Source of the DNA: Candidatus Binatia bacterium
Lineage (GTDB): Bacteria > Desulfobacterota > Binatia > HRBIN30
NCBI GenBank assembly: GCA_038245295.1
Contig: JBBRSP010000014.1
Location: 1-64,000, forward strand
Direction: 5' to 3'
Length of the DNA stretch: 64,000 nt
The translations under genes were made by a program, and so were the position numbers. Below are positions 57,365 through 64,000 of this stretch, piece after piece (the stretch's first letter is position 1; the number at the start of each line of letters is the position of its first letter). The notes under the pieces are model-generated. The model did no database searches, was not told where the DNA came from, and saw nothing but the letters and a program-made list of their open reading frames with translations.

Positions 57365-58963
57365 TCAGACCTTTTGCGCTTCACCGATGCTGGCCAGCAA
57401 CGGTAGCCCAAGATGACGCGCGACATCCGTCTCCGAACGCAATGTACGTGTCATAAACTCGCGGCCAAAGGCGCCGGCGATTCCAACCACGAGCCCGGCG
57501 ATCACCGACAACATCGCCGAGGCGCGCTGTGTGTCGCTCTTCGGTAGAGGCAGAGCCGGACGCTGGACGACGTCCACGTTGACCAGCTTCTGCTCATCCA
57601 TCGCCTGCGAAATGCGCGCCTCTTGCTCGCGTTTGACGTACAGATCGTATGCCTCGCGCTTGTTCCGCACTTCCTGGTCGAGGTGGTCATAATCGACACT
57701 CTTCTGGCGCAGGGCGATCAGCCGTCGATTCGATCGGCTGACTTCATCTTCAAGGCTTGCCTGGCGAGCCCGCAACTCGCTCAGCGAGCTTTCCAACTCT
57801 AAAATGTTGCGCAGGCGATCCTCACGAATCGGATTGGTACGAAAGAGTTGATGCTGGATGATTGTCGGGCGGTCACGCAATTCCGCATCAAGCTGCCCGC
57901 GCAACTCCGAGATCTCATCGGCATTGTCGCTCACGTGACGATCTTTGTCGGTGTATTTGCGCATCAACGTGACACGATCGACCGTGCGGTCCACCAATTG
58001 AGCCGTCAATTGGGTCACGACCGGATTCACTTCGAGATACTGCGATCGCTTGACGATTTCCGGCTGGGCCGCCAGCTGATCACGCAGCACCCGCAGTCGC
58101 TCTTCGGCTCCTGAGACGGCGGTGCTGATCTCGCGCAATTGGCCGGATGCCTCGCCCGTCATGTGTACGGTCGTCGAGATCTCGTCGGTGGGCGACACGA
58201 CCCCTTCCGCCGTCGAGTAATCGATCAGCGTTTGCTCGGCCTTGCGCAGCGACTGTTCCAGCGCCCTCTTCTGCTCGTCGTAGAAACGCGACAACCCTTT
58301 ATTGCCGTGCACTTCCGCATGGTATCCGAGGTACTCGTCGACGACCCGGTTGACGACGCGAGCCGCCTTACTGGGATTGGTGTCGCGATACTCCACCTGG
58401 ATGATGTTGGAGGCTTTGACCGGCGTAATCATCAAGCGCGTCGCGAGGTCGTTGATCTGCGTCCCCAGCATCGCGCTGGCCACCGGCAGAGCCCCGTCAC
58501 CATTGCTGGCCAAGGAGCGCACTACCGAATCCAACAGGTCGCGGCTGCTCATGACGTGAACTTCAGAATTCACCAGTGACTCGTTGAGCTGGATGTTGTC
58601 CAACTTGGTCACCTCAGTGGGCTGGACCGTCGGGTCGGTACGCGACGTCGAGATCATCACCTTCGCCGTGGCGATGTATTTGGGCTTCTGCAGGCACGTG
58701 CTCAGCAATCCCGGCAACGCCACAGCCAGGAAGAGAATCCCGATCAGGCGTTTGCGTTTAAAGACGACGTGAAAGATGTCGCGGATCTGCTCGCCACCCG
58801 TCGGCGACCAACCGCCACCGTAGCCACCAACGTTACCGCCGTTGCCATTGTTCGAGCCGTTGCCGCTGTTCCCACCGTTGCCGCCGTTGGGACTACTGGG
58901 GCCGAAGGTATTGCTGTTTGCGTTGCGGCCCCCGTTGGGGCGACGTTGCGGTTCAAACGCCAT
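57365..58963 (-). CDS. Polysaccharide co-polymerase / chain-length determinant (GumC/Wzc transmembrane part)
   Basis: Two TM helices flanking a long coiled-coil periplasmic region; C-terminal LGLPLLASI. Confidence 0.88.
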   Translation of the reverse strand: MAFEPQRRPNGGRNANSNTFGPSSPNGGNGGNSGNGSNNGNGGNVGGYGGGWSPTGGEQIRDIFHVVFKRKRLIGILFLAVALPGLLSTCLQKPKYIATAKVMISTSRTDPTVQPTEVTKLDNIQLNESLVNSEVHVMSSRDLLDSVVRSLASNGDGALPVASAMLGTQINDLATRLMITPVKASNIIQVEYRDTNPSKAARVVNRVVDEYLGYHAEVHGNKGLSRFYDEQKRALEQSLRKAEQTLIDYSTAEGVVSPTDEISTTVHMTGEASGQLREISTAVSGAEERLRVLRDQLAAQPEIVKRSQYLEVNPVVTQLTAQLVDRTVDRVTLMRKYTDKDRHVSDNADEISELRGQLDAELRDRPTIIQHQLFRTNPIREDRLRNILELESSLSELRARQASLEDEVSRSNRRLIALRQKSVDYDHLDQEVRNKREAYDLYVKREQEARISQAMDEQKLVNVDVVQRPALPLPKSDTQRASAMLSVIAGLVVGIAGAFGREFMTRTLRSETDVARHLGLPLLASIGEAQKV

Positions 58964-58974
58964 ACAACGAAACC

Positions 58975-59709
58975 TTAGAACGTGGTCCCGGCGCCGATGC
59001 GCGGTTCGATGGGGAGAACTCCCCGAATATAGAGACGAACAAAGGTGTTTACGTCGCCAATGAAGGTCCGCGGTATGAAGAGAACATCCCCCGCCTGCAA
59101 GTTCGTTCCCTCCGGATCGCCCGCGGTTAGCGGTCGGGTAAAATCAAGACGCGTGCCTTGATACTCGTTCTGCGCCGGCGACAATCGCAGCACACTGTCG
59201 AGGCGCGCCGTATCGTTGAAGCCGCCGCGATCAGCGATCGCTTGCAGCGGCGTCATGCCCTCTCGATAGGGCACAATTCCCGGCAGACGCACCTCGCCCA
59301 TCACGTACACCTTCAGGTCCGCCACTTGCGCCACCAGGACGGAAACTTCGGGATTTTTCAGACGGTCCGACGTGCGTTCGACGATCAGCTTCTCAAGCTC
59401 CCCCGAGGTCAATCCCGCCGCTCGCATATCGCCGCCCGCCTGCAGCGAGATGCCGCCGTCGGGACGGACCAGAACTTTCACGTCGTATTCCGGGTGGTAG
59501 GTGAACTTCACGCGCAATAAATCACCCGGCTGAATGCGATAAATGCCGATCTGGCCCGGGATCGGCGGCGCCGGCGCATCGAGCGGCGGCAATGGCAACA
59601 TCACCGGCGTCTGGCTGGCGCAGCCTTGCAACCACGCCAGACTCGCGATGCACAAGATCAGCAATCTGTTTGCCACTCTAAAACCGCCTCGACGCATGCC
59701 TAGACTCAC
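58975..59709 (-). CDS. wza: Polysaccharide export outer-membrane lipoprotein (OPX/Wza family)
   Basis: Lipobox-like LQGC; YRIQPGD, VRPDGGISL, AAGLT, VMGEV and GGF motifs. Confidence 0.88.
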   Translation of the reverse strand: MSLGMRRGGFRVANRLLILCIASLAWLQGCASQTPVMLPLPPLDAPAPPIPGQIGIYRIQPGDLLRVKFTYHPEYDVKVLVRPDGGISLQAGGDMRAAGLTSGELEKLIVERTSDRLKNPEVSVLVAQVADLKVYVMGEVRLPGIVPYREGMTPLQAIADRGGFNDTARLDSVLRLSPAQNEYQGTRLDFTRPLTAGDPEGTNLQAGDVLFIPRTFIGDVNTFVRLYIRGVLPIEPRIGAGTTF

Positions 59710-61010
59710 CCCACCCTGTCCACGGACTTGGCGCTTATACGATCTCTCGAAAAAGCTATCAATCCCTCGATATCAAAAGTTTTCTGCACCAACGCACCAT
59801 TGTTTTGCAAATCCGCAGAACAGATCGACGCATAGACGCGTTCCACGAGAGCCGCCGACTCTGCCCAATCCGGAAGCGCCGCGGCGGTGGCGCGGGCTGC
59901 GTCAGCAAGTTGCTGGCGGTATTCCGGATCACGCGCCAGCGCTGCCAACAGCGCTGCCAAATGACGACTATTTCCGTTGCGGAACACCAATCCGTTTTCC
60001 CCATGGCGAATGCTCTTCGCCGCGCCTTCGGCCACCACGACGGCGCGCCCCGCGGCAAGATAGTTGAGGATCTTGATCGGATAGCCTGACCAGGAACGGC
60101 GTGGACAGAGGAGGACGTCGGCGGCCGCTAGATGTCCCAAAACTTCCCGGAAGCTGCGCACGACAACAACCCGGGCACCGCGCCCGCACAGCAGTCGCAG
60201 CAACGCGGGGTCAGAATGCCGTTGCCACTCGGCGTCATGGGTCACGACGAGCAACTCCGCCGACGGAATGGCGAGGCGCAACTCTCCGAAGGCGGTCCAT
60301 AAGACGTCGAGATCCTGGTAGCCGTCGAGATTGCCCGCATAGACGACGCGGAAACGCGCCTCGCTCGTCTCGCTCGTGGCATCAGGCAACCCCTCAGGTG
60401 GCACGAATGGCTCCGGTCCACCCGGTGGAATGCACACAATCCGACTCGCCGCCCCCCCGCAGCGCACCAGATACTCCGCAACTTCGGTGGCCAACGCGAT
60501 GCTGCGATCCGCACGGCGCGGCACGTGCCGATCAACAAAGCCCCCAAGTTTGGCCATCAACGCGCGCCAGCGCGGCTGAAAGTACCACGGCAACTCATCG
60601 GCGAGGACGTTATGCGCGTGGTAAACGATCGGCACGCCGGTCAAGCGCCGTACGACCAGGGCGACGAGCATTCCCTCGTAGTTGTGGGCGTGCAAAACCT
60701 CGATGCGCTGACGACGCACGACCCGGAACAGCTCGCGCATCAAGGCGATGTCCAGAATCGCCTTACGACGCCAGGACAATCGCTTTGGTGGGCGGTCGAA
60801 TAGCGGCAGTCGACTGCGATGTACGACCAGACCTCGCAGGGGTACGAGGTTTTCACCGAATGGGTAGGTCACCACGTGCACTTCGTGCCCGCGATCGGCC
60901 AACGCCGTCGCGGTCTCACGAATCAGGACCTGCGAGCCACGTGCGGAGGGGAACGGACACGCCGCCACCATGGCGATGCGCAGGACTCGCCGCGGGCTCG
61001 TCTGACTCAC
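59706..61010 (-). CDS. Glycosyltransferase family 4
   Basis: ACPFPSARG, HAHNYEG, YAGNL and YPIKILNYLAAG motifs; GTG start inferred. Confidence 0.88.
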   Translation of the reverse strand: MSQTSPRRVLRIAMVAACPFPSARGSQVLIRETATALADRGHEVHVVTYPFGENLVPLRGLVVHRSRLPLFDRPPKRLSWRRKAILDIALMRELFRVVRRQRIEVLHAHNYEGMLVALVVRRLTGVPIVYHAHNVLADELPWYFQPRWRALMAKLGGFVDRHVPRRADRSIALATEVAEYLVRCGGAASRIVCIPPGGPEPFVPPEGLPDATSETSEARFRVVYAGNLDGYQDLDVLWTAFGELRLAIPSAELLVVTHDAEWQRHSDPALLRLLCGRGARVVVVRSFREVLGHLAAADVLLCPRRSWSGYPIKILNYLAAGRAVVVAEGAAKSIRHGENGLVFRNGNSRHLAALLAALARDPEYRQQLADAARATAAALPDWAESAALVERVYASICSADLQNNGALVQKTFDIEGLIAFSRDRISAKSVDRVG

Positions 61011-62713
61011 TGCAGATACCCCATCGAGGCTAATCGGTCGGCGATCTCGCGCTCTTCGGCGCTGGTGTATTGAGTTTCCTGCCATGGTATCGGCGTCGCA
61101 TTGTCCGCAACGACCACGTCGGCACTTATACCGGTCAGAACGGTTCTGCCATCGAATTCGTGCGGAACATCGAGATCGCAGCAGCTCAGGATCGTTGCGG
61201 CCATGTCGGCGATAGCCGCACGCCGACCAGACGCCGGGACACTCACGGCCGTCTCAAGAAGATAAATTCCGTCCGTTCGATGTGTCCCGTCCATGCCGGC
61301 CAGCTTGCCGCCGCGGCACAGCTGCGGATCGAGGCGATGCATCGGGTTGGTTGCGGCCCCGGTAGGTAGGCACGCGTACGAATAACCATCGTCGAGCGCC
61401 ATCTCGAAGATCACGTCGGGAGCGTACTTTACCCAGTCGCCCTGGTAGAGTTCTTCGCGCCGCCAGGCGCGGCGAATCACCGAACGACCGCTCTCGCCAT
61501 CAGTCAAGGTCGCGGCGGCGGCACAGATATCGTCGCGCACGCGCTCGTAGTCCGCTACGTCCACGATGCCCTGCGGCTCGCGACCGCGCAGGTTGATCCA
61601 GGCACTCGGGAAGTATCCGAGCTCCTCCGAAAACACGCGCGTTTTCGACCATTCAATTTGCGCGAAGCGCGACCGCGACTCCAATCGTCCCGCCACCGCG
61701 CCGCCACCGAGTCGAAATAGCGGCGCTTGCCACGGCGCCGGTACACGCCGCAACGCCGCAGTCTTCAGTCGTCCGGCCAGACCCGCTCCGCGAGAAACGC
61801 GGCGCGTCTGCAGACCAAGGCCAGTCAGCCATTGGTTGAGGTGAACAACTTTGAGCCCGGCGCCACCAAACCCATGGTCCGAAACCACCAGCACCTCGGC
61901 CTCGGGTACGGCATCCCGCAGGCGACCGAGGGCCGCGTCGAGGGCGCGATACACGCTCGGCAAAACGTCGCCGTAGGACTCCGCCCCAACGGCATCGAAA
62001 CGCGGCGAGGCCTGGTCGCTGAAGCGCCAGAAATGATGCGCCGCGGTGTCCGACTCGCCGAACATGATCAGGAATGCGTCCCACTCTTCTCGCGCCAGCA
62101 AACGCAGCGCCAGGCCGGTCTTGATGTCGATGCCCCGCAACAGGCGATCACGCGCCGTCGCATACCAGTCGCCGTCGACACGAAACTCCTGAAAGTCAGC
62201 GAACGGGAACCCGCCCTGCTCGCGCACCAACGCTGCCAGCTCCGGTGGCCACACGAAGCGATCGTCGGCGCGCAACGTCACCGGCGTATCGAAACCGCAC
62301 ACCATACAGCCATTGAGCGGCTCCGGCGGATATGTGCCGGGCAGCCCTAGAACGCAAACGCGTTTGCCGGCGTCGCTTAGTCGCTGCCAGATGGTCGGGA
62401 CCTTGCGAAACGTCGAATTGACGAAGCGAACGTTGTAGGTGCCCAGGTCGCGGCGCGTGAAGTCGAAGATGCCGTGTTTGCCGGGATTGACGCCGGTCAT
62501 GAACGTCGTCCAGCTCGGCAGCGTCACCGGCGGTACCGTCGACGTCAATGGCCCCGAAATGCTGCGCTCGCGCAGCCGCTGCAGGTTGGGTAACCACCCC
62601 CGATCGATCCACGGGTTGATGAGATCCCACGTCGCGCCGTCGAAGCCAACGATCAGCAGCACACGCGACTCCTGCGTTGGTCCGGCTTGGCGAACCCGTT
62701 CATGGTGCCCCAC
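61007..62713 (-). CDS. Alkaline-phosphatase superfamily protein (type I phosphodiesterase/nucleotide pyrophosphatase-like)
   Basis: VGFDGATW, PPVTLPSW, NPGKHGIFDF and VSDHGFG motifs; C-terminal RLASMGY; start uncertain. Confidence 0.87.
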   Translation of the reverse strand: MGHHERVRQAGPTQESRVLLIVGFDGATWDLINPWIDRGWLPNLQRLRERSISGPLTSTVPPVTLPSWTTFMTGVNPGKHGIFDFTRRDLGTYNVRFVNSTFRKVPTIWQRLSDAGKRVCVLGLPGTYPPEPLNGCMVCGFDTPVTLRADDRFVWPPELAALVREQGGFPFADFQEFRVDGDWYATARDRLLRGIDIKTGLALRLLAREEWDAFLIMFGESDTAAHHFWRFSDQASPRFDAVGAESYGDVLPSVYRALDAALGRLRDAVPEAEVLVVSDHGFGGAGLKVVHLNQWLTGLGLQTRRVSRGAGLAGRLKTAALRRVPAPWQAPLFRLGGGAVAGRLESRSRFAQIEWSKTRVFSEELGYFPSAWINLRGREPQGIVDVADYERVRDDICAAAATLTDGESGRSVIRRAWRREELYQGDWVKYAPDVIFEMALDDGYSYACLPTGAATNPMHRLDPQLCRGGKLAGMDGTHRTDGIYLLETAVSVPASGRRAAIADMAATILSCCDLDVPHEFDGRTVLTGISADVVVADNATPIPWQETQYTSAEEREIADRLASMGYLQ

Positions 62714-64000
62714 CGCCGACCACCGCCAGGTGGCGGTTCATGGCTTCGTGCATGGCACCGGCGCGCGCCGATTCTTCTTTCGCCAGGTTCTTCTTCTCGC
62801 CCGGATCGCTAGCCAGATTGTAGAGCGACAACGCCGGTAAGCCGCGTGGGTTGTCGGCGTTGGCAACAATCAACTTCCAGTCGCCGTCGAGCCACGAGAA
62901 CAACCGATTGCCTTCAAAGTCTTCTTCCCCGAGCAGCGTCGTGCGCTCGGTGACGGCGAAGAGATCGTGCCCTTGCAGCGTGGCATTGCGGGTATCGGCT
63001 CCGGCCGCGGCCAGGAGCGTTGGGGTAATATCGATGTTGCCGGCAAGCGCATCGACCACCCGCCCGGCGGGCTCCGCTCCCGCCGGCTTGATGATCAGCG
63101 GCACGCGCACCTGCTCTTCGAAAAGCGAGGTCCCGTGCCACCAACTGCCGTGCTCGAAGAATTCCTCGCCGTGATCCGAGGCGACCGCGATCACGGAATT
63201 CTCAAACAGTCCCTTGGCTTTCAGGCGATCGAAAAGGTTGCCCAGATAGGTGTCGAGGTAGGTGACATCCTCGCCATAGAGGCGGCGCATCTCGTCGGCG
63301 CGGGCCTGCGGAGGGTTCGGTTCGGACACACGGGCGATGCCATACCCGGAATATGGGATCTCAAAGTACGGATCGTGCGGATCCATATAATGGATGAGCA
63401 GGAAGAACGGCGCCGGCAGCGGTTGGTCGAGCCAACGCATGACCCGCGCGTCGACGTCGGCGGCGTCCTCATAGTAGTTGTCATGGTAGATGCGATCCTT
63501 CCACAAGCGCTCGCGCAGGACGCGCAGCACCCGGTAGACGGCCAGACGTGTCGCCGAATCGCTGGCACCGAAATAGAAGTCCGGGGGCAGGTAATAGTAC
63601 TCGTCGAATCCCTGCTGGAAATTGAAGATCGGCGCCAGGTTAATGTTGCTGACGAACCCAGCCGTCCAATAGCCGTGCGCCTTGAGCAGCTCCGCCAGCG
63701 TTTGGGCCGAATCGTTCAACACGTCGGCTTTGCGGAACGCACCGTGCGTCGCCGGATATTGCGATGTCAAAATTGTCGCGATCGACGGCCGGGTCCAACT
63801 CGACTGCGCATACGTACGCGAGAACCGCACAGCCGTCCGGGCGAATTCATCAAGACGTGGACTGGCGGTCGGCGAGGCGCCGTACACCCCCAACGCGTCG
63901 GCGCGCAGAGTGTCAGGAATGATCAGGATAATATTGGGCGACGTCGCCTTCTGGCGCAGCGTCGGGCGCGACACCACAGGTTCGACAGCCACCGACCGGG
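62700..64000 (-). CDS. Sulfatase-like hydrolase/transferase without the CxPxR motif; 5' end beyond the window
   Basis: DTLRAD, SSWTRPSIATILT, HYMDPHDPY and SDHGEEFFEHG..HG motifs. Confidence 0.87.
   Translation of the reverse strand, partial: RSVAVEPVVSRPTLRQKATSPNIILIIPDTLRADALGVYGASPTASPRLDEFARTAVRFSRTYAQSSWTRPSIATILTSQYPATHGAFRKADVLNDSAQTLAELLKAHGYWTAGFVSNINLAPIFNFQQGFDEYYYLPPDFYFGASDSATRLAVYRVLRVLRERLWKDRIYHDNYYEDAADVDARVMRWLDQPLPAPFFLLIHYMDPHDPYFEIPYSGYGIARVSEPNPPQARADEMRRLYGEDVTYLDTYLGNLFDRLKAKGLFENSVIAVASDHGEEFFEHGSWWHGTSLFEEQVRVPLIIKPAGAEPAGRVVDALAGNIDITPTLLAAAGADTRNATLQGHDLFAVTERTTLLGEEDFEGNRLFSWLDGDWKLIVANADNPRGLPALSLYNLASDPGEKKNLAKEESARAGAMHEAMNRHLAVVGGGAP

Noticed and set aside
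1..64000. tRNA, rRNA, cas or phage genes
   Set aside because: None recognised; the intergenic spaces are short and mostly explained.

Overview
GC-rich bacterial window with three parts. (1) Bases 1-3.9 kb are the decaying distal end of an integron cassette array on the + strand. There are five attC-like sites, two of them degenerate, and no integrase in the window. The cassettes carry an intact amidohydrolase lipoprotein, toxin-antitoxin remnants and a pseudogene. (2) Bases 4-13.3 kb (+) hold a class III adenylate cyclase followed by an atu-like acyclic-terpene/branched acyl-CoA catabolic cluster (acyl-CoA dehydrogenase, two carboxylase subunits, hydratase, AtuA). A Phd-VapC pair sits between the two carboxylase subunits. 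(3) Bases 13.4-64 kb (-) are one co-directional block: a Wzx/Wzy-type surface polysaccharide cluster of at least 48 kb that begins beyond the right edge and runs into sucD-ndk-rlmN, with no sucC. The cluster is rich in tailoring genes. The most novel element is an embedded module encoding a fumarate-reductase/NadB-like flavoprotein, an argininosuccinate-lyase-like enzyme, phosphosulfolactate synthase (ComA), an ATP-grasp ligase and a Wzx-GNAT fusion. I infer it makes a C3-sulfonate (sulfoacrylate, 3-sulfopropionate or cysteate) from PEP and sulfite and attaches it to the glycan. All family calls come from motif recognition by eye, not database searches.
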